The position numbers and the translations under genes were made by a program. A DNA stretch of 64,000 nucleotides from a virus. Shown piece by piece: positions 39,821 through 50,731 of this stretch. Location of the stretch: positions 13,568 to 77,567 of the IMG/VR virus record IMGVR_UViG_3300032782_000006. One strand, 5' to 3'. The notes below the pieces were generated by a model that saw only the letters and a program-made list of their open reading frames with translations, was not told where the DNA came from and did not search any database. Numbering within the stretch: position 1 is the stretch's first letter; every line of letters begins with the position of its first letter.

Positions 39821-42800
39821 CTATTTATCCAGGAAACCTTTCGATAAAAGGTCAAAGAATCCGTAAATATCTTTGTTCTGTAATAAAAGTTCTAGCTCTT
39901 CGCGGAACTTGTTCTCCTTGACGAAAATGTCACGATTGAAAATGATTTTATTAATCTCGTTTTGACACTCTAAAAGCGTCAAGCGCTTCTTGAGTTCCGC
40001 AACTTCTATTTGATTTGCGAGATCATAGTTAGTGCATTCTGCACAAACACATTTAGACAGACACATTCCTCCGGTAGTACCAGGGATCTAGAACGTCATG
40101 GAATTCTCTAAAGGTTTTTATTAGCCTAATCGAAAACTCTTCTTCTGACAAAATAGATGTATCTGCTATCATGGTACAATCTCAGTACCTAATTGATATG
40201 TCCCTGACCATATTTAAAACTATTCAAACAGTCATTATCCAGTGGGTATCCTTCCCTACCAGGGCTTTAGCCCACCACGTTTTCCATTTTGCCAGAATAT
40301 TAAGAACAATATCACAAAGTATAAATTCTTGCAAAAATAACATAGTACTATTGGAGAAGTACCACATTATCGTCACAAAAATTTAAGCTTTGACGATTTT
40401 GCGCTCTAAGCCTAGAGATTGTTCCACCAATCTCTGGCTTTTCCATTCACTGACAGTATTTCCTAATTACCTATTTTCTGAATAATAACCCCATCCTTCG
40501 TCATGAGTATACAATTTAAATTGTTTATAATTAATATTTGGAGAATCAGGTTCATCAATAGACGAATATACTCCTAAATTACTAATCCAAACCGCAGGCT
40601 TTTTACTATCCACAAATGGATAATCTGTTCCAAACGATATCCAAACCATTTTTGGAGTTTGTTTTATCATTCTCTCCTCTTCACATTCAGGGATTAGGTT
40701 CCCAAACTTAGTCTTCATTTCAAAAAGAAATTTATCAATTTTTGAATAAGTCTCATTCGATATATTGTCGTCCTCAAACGGATCATAAATTCGTTTTCCA
40801 TTTTGGTATACTTCATATTCCAGGAACAGTCTATCAATCGATATTGCATATCGAGTAACTAATTTTATACCATCATCTAACAATAAATTGTAATCAATAT
40901 TGGGTATATTTTCTAAATTTATCATAATTTAGTTCTCCATTTCCGTTACAAATCGGATTCTTTAGTTACATGATAACTAAAATCTACAAGCTCATCATAT
41001 GCACGATTATATGTTGCATATACATTCTCAGAACTTAACGGGGAATAACACTCATTCCTACAGTCTAAATACGTTTTTACCTCGTCAATTAGCTCTTGCA
41101 ACTCTTGAATAAAATCTAAAACGTCTTTTTTATCAAGCCCTTGATCCAAATATGACATTTTATATTCTCCTTTTTTAAAAAGTATCAATTTTATATGTTT
41201 TGAAAACAAAAATGTAAAAACCTGCGATCAGTATCACAAACTTCATTATAAACTCGTTCTACATCAAACTCAAGATTTACATTTTTGAAAGCTTTAATAT
41301 ACAATTCAAAAAAATTGAACGCATCTTTCTCATCATCCAGATTCCCTACAAATCCCAATATTTCATTCGCGATATCCACTTCATTTATTCCATTGTTTGT
41401 CATTTATGCTCAGCTCCGTTGTTCTAAAAATTAATAATAGTAGTTTATTCATCGTCAGAATCAAGCTCTGTCTCAAAAACCTTCAATTCGGGATATTTAT
41501 CTAGCAATTCCCAACTTTCCGAACGTGCAATCTGCGCAAATGCAAATTCGTCTGAAACTACTTCTCCATAATCACGATCCCCTTCCCATTGAGAAGTAAA
41601 TATCAGCACAAACTTTTTTGATTTTTTAAGTTTAGTCAACCCTAGATGTTTTCCAGTTCCACCGTTCGTATAATTACGTCCATCCCAAATATCTAGGTTA
41701 GAATTTGATTTTACACGAGCAACCACATTACCATCATTATCATAAACATTTACCATTTGTATCAGCCTCTTTGTCCAAAATTAATATTTTTGTGTTCTCC
41801 TTTAATCTTATTTCTTACAATACCTACTATGTCTGCAAAATATATAAACTTTTCGGAACAATATTTAATAAAGAATCCTTCCAAAATAAATTTTCAAAAA
41901 AATAAATCTTTAAGGAATTTTATGAACCTAAAAACGATAAGTAGTAATCCGACAGGTTGATAACAACAACCCATCGGTGACACCGCTATCTCAAATTTCG
42001 CACAAAATCCGATGATACCAGATATAGTATTTTTCCAAACATACTACTCTTTTCTACATTATAAACATTTCCTATTTTATCTATGTAATAATTTGGATTT
42101 ATTACATAGGTCACATCCGTACAATATTAATCATTCCCCAGTTACGTTCTTTACATATTCCAGCATCAATCTCATATTTTCATGCAACTGCTCTATAATT
42201 TCTACCCAAGATTTGGCCTCTCCTAAAAACCATCCATAGTCTTCATTATATAGTAAAAGTCGATTATCTGAAGAAAACCCATAAACTTGATACTCCATAG
42301 GATAAACCATTCCAGGATTGTTATCCCCAAGTCCATATTTAGTCCGAGTTCGTAAAAAATTACCCCTATCTGTCTCTTCATTCAACTTTTCTACAAATTC
42401 TTCGTCAATTACATAATTAGTAACTACCATAATCAAACTCCATGATCAATATTCCCAAGACTCATGATATTTTCTACTAGCTGACCTTACTCCTAAAAAT
42501 TCTTTAACAATTCCATCAGCTACAGTATGAGCCCAATCTATAAAGTTTTCTTGGGTTTTATACACTTTTTTATGTTGACCCTCTTCGATTTCATAGTTGA
42601 AATACATTCCGTCCTCGTCTTCATCAAATTCGTCAAGCGTATTTTCAATAAAAAAAGGAACGTACCCCAACTGCTCCAAATAATGTGACCGGATGGCTTC
42701 TTTAGTACTCATTTTGCATCATAAAATAGTATTACCATCCAAATTATAAACTGATCTTGATCTTACTTAAAATTTATTTAAAGTTTTTGAATACTATAAC

Positions 42801-44691
42801 TTAGAGGATACGAATTATCTTCACCTTCTACTCTTTTTGAACTCCATTCCTCATTTTCTTCTTTAGCAATTCGTTTTCTCACTCTTCTAGCTTGATTTAA
42901 AAAAGTGTCATACTCTTTAGGATTCTCTTTTTGTTTAATCCTATATCCTATAATAGTAATCATTAACTCATTCAAGTTATGTTCCATATTTGATTTAGAT
43001 TTTATATAATCATACATCTGCTCATAGATTTGATCTCTAGTTAAACATTGATTATCTTTGGACTGGATTACTGTTGTTCCACTATACTCTTTTATTGCAT
43101 CTTTTTTTTCACTCCGAACCATATTTTCTAGTCGGCTCAGAACTTTTTCAATTTTATCAAATTCATCTAGTATTTGTGGAATTTCTCCTAAATCTTTTCT
43201 CAATATAGTATCTATAAATATATCCTCTAATCGTTTCTTTGATTCTTTTAAAGTCTCTTTTGCATTTTCACATTTTTCTATTTTCTTATTTAGCTCCAAA
43301 TCATTACCTCCTACACACATTCTCATTCACGCTGTAATAAACGCGGTTCCTTCAGTTTGTTTTATATACTCTTTATATTCTCTGAATAATTGATGTTGAG
43401 TGATCAACTGTATAGGTTTATTTTGATCAGACCAGTGGACTGTTAAATCTCCATAAATATCTATTTTTACAGAATCTCTAACTTCTCCATCATTAATTCT
43501 ATATTTTATACTTTTTATTAGAGTATCTCTCCACTCTCCATACGTCATCGTCATGTTTGACCTCACCAAATCGTGAACGTCCAACCGTCATATGCCTGTA
43601 TCCATTCAAGTCCAGCATAATCTATAATGATTTTGATATCTTCTACAGTAGCAGTATATGGTTTTAATAACTTCACATTTTCTTGTCTAGATTCTGGACT
43701 TAATCTATTCAACCATTTCTCAAACGGTTGTTTCCATTGTGGCCTATAATCAAAATTTATAAAAGGATCATAAATCATTACAATTTTATTGTACAAGACA
43801 AAATCTTTGATTACCTCTTCTTTTTCTGCATCGGTAGGTTGTTTTCCCTTTACTTCCATTGCAAATTCTCCAAATTCCAACTTACCCGTTTTTTTCTAAT
43901 TCTCTATATGTCTGCAAATTATTAAACCTTTTCGGAATAATTCTCTATAAAAAACTTTTAAAATACTTCGTATCTATCCTTTTTTGAATAATTTTCCCCT
44001 CCTATACTTATTTATACCAATCTGAAGGTTTTAAATAATCGTCAATTATATCATGAATAGTTAAATATTCCTTTAAATTAGGCTTATCTTTATCTTTAAA
44101 TATTATCAGTACATGATAAATCCCTTTTTCATCTTCATTATATTTATCAATTCCATCTATTATTTTTTGTAATAATGCTACTGTTTCTTTTTTAGTTACC
44201 AATTTATTCATACCTCCAATAATTCAATTCATCATTTGTTGCTTCTAAATAATCTTCTCTAAATATTTCATAATCATCATCAATCTCATCTTTTCCAGTT
44301 TGTTCTAAATATGCTTTTTGACAATCATATTCTAGTTCATCATCTTCGTAACAACCATCCATAGTCATAATCAAGTTCACCTCAATACATAATTGTCCGT
44401 AAAATATATAAACTTATCGGAACAACTTCTAATAAAAAAAAGGGCTTATTTCCTAAGCCTCTCCCAAACTCCTTTTTTATCAGTCATTTTCCATTTTGCA
44501 ATCATTACCTCAATATTATCCGAAATCATTTTCTTTTCTTCGGTAAGTTGGGCTATCTTTTGAGATAGTGCATTGTAATCATCAATTAACATATTCAGGT
44601 TCAAGTTTATCATTTGCAATTTCTCTTCCGGCGATCTATGACATTCTATTATTTCGGCTTCTTTCACTGACATATCATTCACTCCTTTCAT
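39821..44691 (-). CDS. Early region: about 14 small hypothetical genes (39821, 40467, 40946, 41191, 41445, 42131, 42446, 42778, 43327, 43563, 44008, 44204, 44446 and others)
   Basis: Co-oriented, tightly packed, many acidic; preceded by repeated early promoters at 41829, 43908, 44393 and 44714. Confidence 0.65.
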
Positions 44692-44933
44692 TTACTATTT
44701 CATTAAACAGTAAATGTCATTAAATTATATATACTTTTCGGAAATTATAGGGGGCAACAAATTTTAGAATTGATAATCAACAACAGACAGAATTAGTCGA
44801 CAAATTATTAATTATTGTTGACTAATTAAAAAATCATAAATTTGCAGACGAGTCATATGTAAAATAGTGGATAGGTTTATATTTTACAAAGCTGTTCAAA
44901 AATTGGTATTTTTAAAAGAAACGGAGATAGAAA

Positions 44934-45131
44934 ATGGTTGGAAAAGGATTTATTGCCGTCCCTGCTAAAGATAATGTTGGACACGTGATTAGGATAATAG
45001 CTGCCACGTATAATTTAAAAATATATAAAGTAGTTGAAAATGCTATCCGAGACAAATACCCAGAATTTTGTGACAAATTGCTCACTGATGAACCAAAATC
45101 AGAAGAGGAAGAACCATTAGTTGAAGAATAA
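44934..45131 (+). CDS. Small RHH-like regulator, divergent from the early genes
   Basis: FIAVP...IRIIAA...IYKVVENAI; AAACGGAG Shine-Dalgarno. Confidence 0.5.
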   Translation: MVGKGFIAVPAKDNVGHVIRIIAATYNLKIYKVVENAIRDKYPEFCDKLLTDEPKSEEEEPLVEE

Positions 45132-45237
45132 ATCAGTGTTAGGAGATTCCCTTAAGGAGAATATCACAAAACTCCCCAAGGGTATGAATTTATTTAAATA
45201 CAACTTACTAATTTACCGGATATTATTTAAACATTTG

Positions 45238-45528
45238 TTAAACTTTACATCCATACGCTTTTTGAAAAATAGTGTCGCCACGTGCCATATTTAAATATAA
45301 ATCAACTTTGTGTGAGAGTGCATAATATTTCATCCTATACAATCCTGTACCTGTATGATAAATTACTTTATCTTTTTCTAATTGTTTCAAATATTTAATT
45401 ATCGTCACTCTGTTCAATTTTGTTTCATGTACTATATCTTTTGCACAGAGGATAGTTTGATATTTGTAAAAAACATCAATTATTCTCAGTCTATTATAGT
45501 CCCCAATAATATTGTCTATTAGAGTCAT
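45238..45528 (-). CDS. Winged-helix protein
   Basis: AKDIVHETKLNRVTIIKYLKQLEKDKVI. Confidence 0.7.
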   Translation of the reverse strand: MTLIDNIIGDYNRLRIIDVFYKYQTILCAKDIVHETKLNRVTIIKYLKQLEKDKVIYHTGTGLYRMKYYALSHKVDLYLNMARGDTIFQKAYGCKV

Positions 45529-45549
45529 GTCTTCACCTAAAAAAAGAAT

Positions 45550-45675
45550 TTATAAATTATGTCCTGGAATATCGTCGTTCCAGCCGGAAGATAGACATTT
45601 CGGACATTTTGAAGGATAAAGCGGAACTTTAGGATAAAAGTTTTCTCCGCATCTTTTGCAATGATAGCTCTTTAT
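45550..45675 (-). CDS. Zinc-ribbon microprotein (ATA start)
   Basis: (M)KSYHCKRCG...PSKCPKC; GGGGGAG Shine-Dalgarno; ATAA overlap with the upstream stop. Confidence 0.6.
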   Translation of the reverse strand: MKSYHCKRCGENFYPKVPLYPSKCPKCLSSGWNDDIPGHNL

Positions 45676-45863
45676 TCGTCTCTCCCCCAGTCAATTACTT
45701 TTATATAATCAACTGCCATCTTATTAGAGCCGCACATAGGACAATACACGTTTCCCAGATCCTTTTCTTTCCACTCCCAATCGCATTGTTCGCAAAACAA
45801 TGTCAAATATTTAGTTAATTTTTGATCTCCTTTTTTTAAAGATGTAATGTTACTCAACCCCAC
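45672..45863 (-). CDS. Zinc-ribbon protein
   Basis: CEQC...CPMCG. Confidence 0.6.
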   Translation of the reverse strand: MGLSNITSLKKGDQKLTKYLTLFCEQCDWEWKEKDLGNVYCPMCGSNKMAVDYIKVIDWGRDE

Positions 45864-47412
45864 AAGCTAATTTTAAAAATTGTTCATATAACGGATCAGA
45901 AGACTTGATTTTTACAGTATGAACTTTACCATCTTCTTTGATATCTACGGTAATTTCTTTATAAGTGAGTTTCCTGTATAGTTCCTCAAACGAAGTTCTA
46001 CCATTCAAACAATCATCAATTTGTTCCGAACTTGCATGATCAGTTACATACTTCAGTTTTTTATATTGATCCTCAGTAATGTTCAATCCATTCTTAGAGA
46101 CTTTAGGAATATCTTTTTTCTTTTCAGTGACCTCTGCTAACTTTTCTCTAAATTGAGTAATAAACTCATAAGACACATTCGCAATTTTAGCCAGTTCATA
46201 ATTCACAAATTCTTCGCAACCTCGATGATATTCGGGCAACTTTGTCTTTTTGAGAATAGGTAATAGTTTTACAGCCAGTTCTGCTCTCTGGAGTTCGGTT
46301 AATTTTTTATGGCCAATCTCATTTTTAACTATCCAAATACATACATCTGCTCTGCTCGGAAACTGTTTCTCTACAAAAGTAAACGATTTATTCTCTTTTT
46401 TACAAATCTGATAATGTTCGATCCCATCAATTATGATTTCATTAACTGCTCCATTGATAGGATCAACTTCTTTCCAAATTGTAAAAATATAATCGCAACC
46501 TCTAGACTTTATATCATCCGCTAACTCTAACGTCTCTTGGTTAGATAAGGGTACCCTAAATCTATCAAAGACTTTATCTATTATAAAATTTTTGGGGACT
46601 AAAGTAACTAATTCGAGTTCTACTCCTTTTGGAGTTTCTTTAGGAGTTTCAACCTCAGTTTTAGATTCGTTCCTCCAATCCTCGATCAGTTCTTCCAATG
46701 GCATTTTTTTGCATTCGCATTTACAATTTTTCAAATCGACTTCTTCCCAATCCCCTTTGAGTTTTTGCTGTTTCAGTACATTATGGAGTGTAGTAATCGC
46801 AACTTCTCCCTGTCTAGCTTTATTTACAATATTCTCAGGGACAAATTCCAAAATCTTTTTTACACGAGTAAGAGTGATATCAGACAACCCTACAATTTTA
46901 GAGATCTCTTTGTAAGAATTGATTTTTATAAACTCTCTCTTTATCTTGTCCATTGCCTCTAGCCAATCCGCTTTTGCAATTAGATAATCTTGAGACTTTT
47001 CTTTCCCGTCTTTCTCAAGTTTAGTCATTTTGGTTTTTGCCAGTCTTTGTTTAGTAATCCAATCCTGGGCTTTCTGCTGTTCTTTTACAGCTTGTTTATG
47101 AAAAATAGGGTACAATTTCAGCGCGAGTTCGCAGTTTTGGAATGGAGTTAACTCATGGGTTTCCATGTAATTTTTTACAATCCAAATCATTGCGTTATTT
47201 CTCGACTGGAACGTCTTTTCTTTAGTCGGAGGAATTATTCCTAATCTGGTACAAATCTCAAATCGTTTATGACCATCAACTACAATTCCCTTCCAAACGA
47301 TCAATGGGTTTTTAATTCCATTGGAGCGGATGTCTTGCTCTAACGCTTTCATCTCATCATAAGAAACAGAAGGAAGTAATGCTTTAAACTCTTCATCAAT
47401 TTTTAAATCCAT
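45850..47412 (-). CDS. Protein with two tandem ParB/Srx-like domains
   Basis: IDEEFKALLP...GIKNPLIVW..IVVDGHKR, and a degenerate second copy IDKVF...IIIDGIEHY. Confidence 0.75.
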   Translation of the reverse strand: MDLKIDEEFKALLPSVSYDEMKALEQDIRSNGIKNPLIVWKGIVVDGHKRFEICTRLGIIPPTKEKTFQSRNNAMIWIVKNYMETHELTPFQNCELALKLYPIFHKQAVKEQQKAQDWITKQRLAKTKMTKLEKDGKEKSQDYLIAKADWLEAMDKIKREFIKINSYKEISKIVGLSDITLTRVKKILEFVPENIVNKARQGEVAITTLHNVLKQQKLKGDWEEVDLKNCKCECKKMPLEELIEDWRNESKTEVETPKETPKGVELELVTLVPKNFIIDKVFDRFRVPLSNQETLELADDIKSRGCDYIFTIWKEVDPINGAVNEIIIDGIEHYQICKKENKSFTFVEKQFPSRADVCIWIVKNEIGHKKLTELQRAELAVKLLPILKKTKLPEYHRGCEEFVNYELAKIANVSYEFITQFREKLAEVTEKKKDIPKVSKNGLNITEDQYKKLKYVTDHASSEQIDDCLNGRTSFEELYRKLTYKEITVDIKEDGKVHTVKIKSSDPLYEQFLKLACGVE

Positions 47413-47527
47413 CTAGAGCCCTCCTGATAACATCATAGAGAGGTTCTCGATCATATAATTTTAAACCTACAATTCGTGAATGAAGTTCTGAGGGTATCGT
47501 AATTATCTTCTTATCAATAATTGCCAT
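47396..47527 (-). CDS. RHH-type microprotein
   Basis: MAIIDKKIITIPSELHSRIVGLKLYDREPLYDVIRRAL; leader-like GGAGAGATTTAGTACC upstream. Confidence 0.55.
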   Translation of the reverse strand: MAIIDKKIITIPSELHSRIVGLKLYDREPLYDVIRRALDGFKN

Positions 47528-47597
47528 GGTACTAAATCTCTCCTAAATTATACAGAGATCCTGATTACTTTATGCTTTATAAACTTATAGTATATTA

Positions 47598-48254
47598 TTA
47601 CAGTAATAACCATTCTTGCCAGTTCTTGACGGCATATTGGAAAACTAGAGATTTCATCGCATTACAACTTTCTGCTCGAGACCCATTGAAACAAATATGG
47701 ATCCCGCGAGACTGTAAACTCCATAATGCTTCCCTCTTTGCAGCTTCATAATTTTTTATATGTCGTCTTCTATTCTTGCCTACTGGAGGGATATATCTCA
47801 AAAATTCGATTTGGCTTCCCTCTACAAATACATAAAATTGTTGAAGTGTAGGGTCTCGTCTAAACCGGTCAATTTCTCGGTTGAATCTTTTATGATTCAT
47901 TATCAAAGTGTTGTGAAAATCTCCCACTTCTTTTCGCTCAACTGCAAAAGCTAATTTCCTAGGTTCTTGTAACCCTTTAAATTTTATTGCAAAATGATAA
48001 TCTCCTACTTGCGGCAACCCACTAACTTTTTTGGTAGGCATAGGAAGAGTTTCAAGTTCCAGTTCTTTTTGAGTGTACGGTTTTTGTTCGTTACCTGCTA
48101 CATAAACCACAAAATCCCCAAACATTTTCACCAAATGTCTAACTTTAGTATTAAGTTTAGCCAACATTGGATCATCATCAAGATCAGGATTTAGATACTG
48201 TTTGATAATGTAGATATCTTTAACTAAATCATCTTGTGTAAGTGATGATGGTAT
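47598..48254 (-). CDS. ERCC4/XPF-family nuclease (probable ATA start)
   Basis: NEQKPY...GDY...VERKE motif; frame open to GGAGATGA-TAAT-ATA. Confidence 0.8.
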   Translation of the reverse strand: MPSSLTQDDLVKDIYIIKQYLNPDLDDDPMLAKLNTKVRHLVKMFGDFVVYVAGNEQKPYTQKELELETLPMPTKKVSGLPQVGDYHFAIKFKGLQEPRKLAFAVERKEVGDFHNTLIMNHKRFNREIDRFRRDPTLQQFYVFVEGSQIEFLRYIPPVGKNRRRHIKNYEAAKREALWSLQSRGIHICFNGSRAESCNAMKSLVFQYAVKNWQEWLLL

Positions 48255-48344
48255 ATTATCATCTCCAAAATGTATATCAAGTTAGATAATATATAACTAT
48301 GTTATAAATTTTGGGATAAATTGTAAAAAAAAGAAAGAGATAAT

Positions 48345-48578
48345 TTATAATGTGAGTATTAACATTCCCGCTGCAAAAAATATGATTTGGGATACAAATA
48401 ATACTACAGTTTTTACCACTGGATTATTTGTGATAAACAACCCACAAAATATAAAATCTCCAATCAGCATAATTATTAAAATTATCGGCACTTTCAAATC
48501 CGAGGGAATCGCTGATAATCTGTTCACACCTTTGCATTTTTTAAATGGTTGATTTTCGGTCTCATGTGGCAAAATCAC
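48345..48578 (-). CDS. Two-TM membrane protein
   Basis: Two hydrophobic helices. Confidence 0.55.
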   Translation of the reverse strand: MILPHETENQPFKKCKGVNRLSAIPSDLKVPIILIIMLIGDFIFCGLFITNNPVVKTVVLFVSQIIFFAAGMLILTL

Positions 48579-49192
48579 ATCTCCAACAATTTTAGTATCC
48601 CATCCTCATCTGATAATCTGAGATGTGCAGAGCCTACAAAATGGTGGTAATCCCCCCACTGATACCCTAGGGTTCGTGCCAACCAAACTTGAAAATCACA
48701 AAATCCCTTACAGTCCGTCATGAATGCAATAAACATCTCATTACTTCGGAAAATTGTTGTGAGCTCAAGTACCTCGTCACGTATCAAAATATTTATACCA
48801 GTACAACATGGAATCTCTTTCTTGCTCCCCACATTTTTAGGGTGGAACACTGGTAAATAAGCCCTTCTGGTATTAGGATTTTGCCTAAGTAGTCTAATTA
48901 CTTTCGGAAGTGCGTCTTCTTCCCTTATTTGCCATCCATATGAGTAATCGAACGCATCTGCTTTTTCTTTTGCTGTTTTCTCGGTGATCAATCCTTTTGC
49001 AAAATCTCTATCTAAAACTTCAGTAAGTCCTTTTTCAGCACTCTGCCGATTTTTCCCGGTCAAATGAAGTAAAAGGTTCTTTACCTCTAACGTTTTTTCT
49101 TCTCTTTGATCCTCGACCAATTCCCCATTTTTATAAATATACTCTACAACTTTTCGTCTAATGTTTGCTATAGAGTTTCCATAAAATTCCAT
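48575..49192 (-). CDS. Thymidylate synthase family enzyme, possibly dCMP (hydroxy)methylase
   Basis: YSYG, TRRA, catalytic IPC, FRSN, and YHHFVGSAH motifs; Asp at the position equivalent to Asn177. Confidence 0.85.
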   Translation of the reverse strand: MEFYGNSIANIRRKVVEYIYKNGELVEDQREEKTLEVKNLLLHLTGKNRQSAEKGLTEVLDRDFAKGLITEKTAKEKADAFDYSYGWQIREEDALPKVIRLLRQNPNTRRAYLPVFHPKNVGSKKEIPCCTGINILIRDEVLELTTIFRSNEMFIAFMTDCKGFCDFQVWLARTLGYQWGDYHHFVGSAHLRLSDEDGILKLLEM

Positions 49193-49198
49193 GACTCC

Positions 49199-49807
49199 TC
49201 AATTTTCAAAATTACTAAATATTCTCCAGAGGACGCAATATAAAGGTTCTTTCCACTCCAGTTTTAATTCAATTATTTTTTGGTAAACATCCATTGGGAG
49301 AATTATATTTTTTCTATGGCTAAAGTCCCCATTTTGTTGTATAATACTTTTAATTGAGGATGCATATAGCCGATATGGAATAGTAGGGATAGAGTCTGGA
49401 GAATAATCTTGAGATTCTGGAGTATGGTATAAATCCCAATAATCTAACAGAGTAGCTAATTTATTATTCATCGAAAGTTCATGAGGAGCTAATCGACTAA
49501 TTCTAAATCCAGTCCATTCTTTTAAAGAAACTATATAGCTATCATATAATCTATATTTACTAGGTGGTAAAATATCAGTTTGTTGCAATATTTCGGTAAG
49601 TTCATCTTGTTTATTTTCACAAAACTCTAGTAAAATATGCAATTTTTCTTCAAAAGATATTTCGTCTGACGATATATTTTCTACTCTATCTACAATGTTA
49701 GATGTCAATCGTAAATCTATTTCAACCTCTCTAGAATTTCGTTTATACTCTGTCATATACTTCCATTTCTGTTTTAGATTCATCAAATCACCTTTTCTCC
49801 AATCCAT
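49199..49807 (-). CDS. Hypothetical protein with C-terminal RHH-like segment
   Basis: ILPMDVYQKIIELKLEWKEPLYCVL is similar to the 47396..47527 protein. Confidence 0.55.
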   Translation of the reverse strand: MDWRKGDLMNLKQKWKYMTEYKRNSREVEIDLRLTSNIVDRVENISSDEISFEEKLHILLEFCENKQDELTEILQQTDILPPSKYRLYDSYIVSLKEWTGFRISRLAPHELSMNNKLATLLDYWDLYHTPESQDYSPDSIPTIPYRLYASSIKSIIQQNGDFSHRKNIILPMDVYQKIIELKLEWKEPLYCVLWRIFSNFEN

Positions 49808-49885
49808 TTACAAACCGTTAATAAAAACGCGATGAATACTATTGATGTAAATATTAGATACAACTCTTCCACCTCCTCCAAATAT

Positions 49886-50065
49886 TTAATAATCCCCTTT
49901 CTTGAAATAAATTTGACGATGTCCAGCATCCCAAAAATCAAGTACTTCGTTCACGACATCGTCATACGTAGACCCCATAGTTCCAATTTCTTTTAAACGT
50001 TTTTGAGTTGTCATATGTAGTTGTACAGTCGTAGGTTTTTTTTCAGCTATTGTTGTCTTCTCCAT
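49886..50065 (-). CDS. Archaeal RHH/antitoxin-like regulator (59 aa)
   Basis: TTVQLHMTTQKRLKEIG.MGSTYDDVVNEVLD. Confidence 0.65.
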   Translation of the reverse strand: MEKTTIAEKKPTTVQLHMTTQKRLKEIGTMGSTYDDVVNEVLDFWDAGHRQIYFKKGDY

Positions 50066-50239
50066 GAAATTATAGATGGAGTTCCTCTTATATAAAGGTT
50101 ACATAATTTATAGAATTTACAGCAATTGTGAATATTGTAGCCAAAATATATTTTAAAAGAGTAAAAGTCTTAAAGGGTGGGAACGTAATCCTCATTTAAC
50201 TATTTCTAAAAACAGTTATATAGTAAACGGTGATCTAAT

Positions 50240-50689
50240 TTGGATGGAAAAGACGGAAAAAACCTTAAACAATGGTTTGAAGAGAATCAACTGAAGTTAG
50301 ATAATGGAGAATATAAGGAAGAATCGGGGATTCTTACTTTTACAAATCCTGATGGAACTATTACAGAAGTAAGTAAAGAACAATGGCCATATACTAGGGT
50401 CATACCTTGTAAACAAGTTTTACAAACTCCATTCGGAAATCAAAGTTTCTTTACACATTTTGAGCTAGTGTTAAACAATGGCACAAAGCTGTCTAAGCCA
50501 GCTCCAGAGACACAAACAGAATGTTTAGCATGTAATATCCCTCAAGACGTTATAGACTCTCTAGAGAGCCCAGAGAAGGCTTACGATAAAGTCACTGAAT
50601 GGAAAATAGTTAATGGGGACGTAATAAAAACCGAGGCTTTAACTCCAAAATCTGAACCTGAGGAAGATTGCGATGACGATTTGAAATAA
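50240..50689 (+). CDS. Acidic hypothetical protein
   Basis: GGTGA Shine-Dalgarno and TTG start. Confidence 0.6.
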   Translation: MDGKDGKNLKQWFEENQLKLDNGEYKEESGILTFTNPDGTITEVSKEQWPYTRVIPCKQVLQTPFGNQSFFTHFELVLNNGTKLSKPAPETQTECLACNIPQDVIDSLESPEKAYDKVTEWKIVNGDVIKTEALTPKSEPEEDCDDDLK

Positions 50690-50731
50690 ACTCTTTTCTT
50701 TTTAAACATTTTTTATTGGAGATTGTACCAC

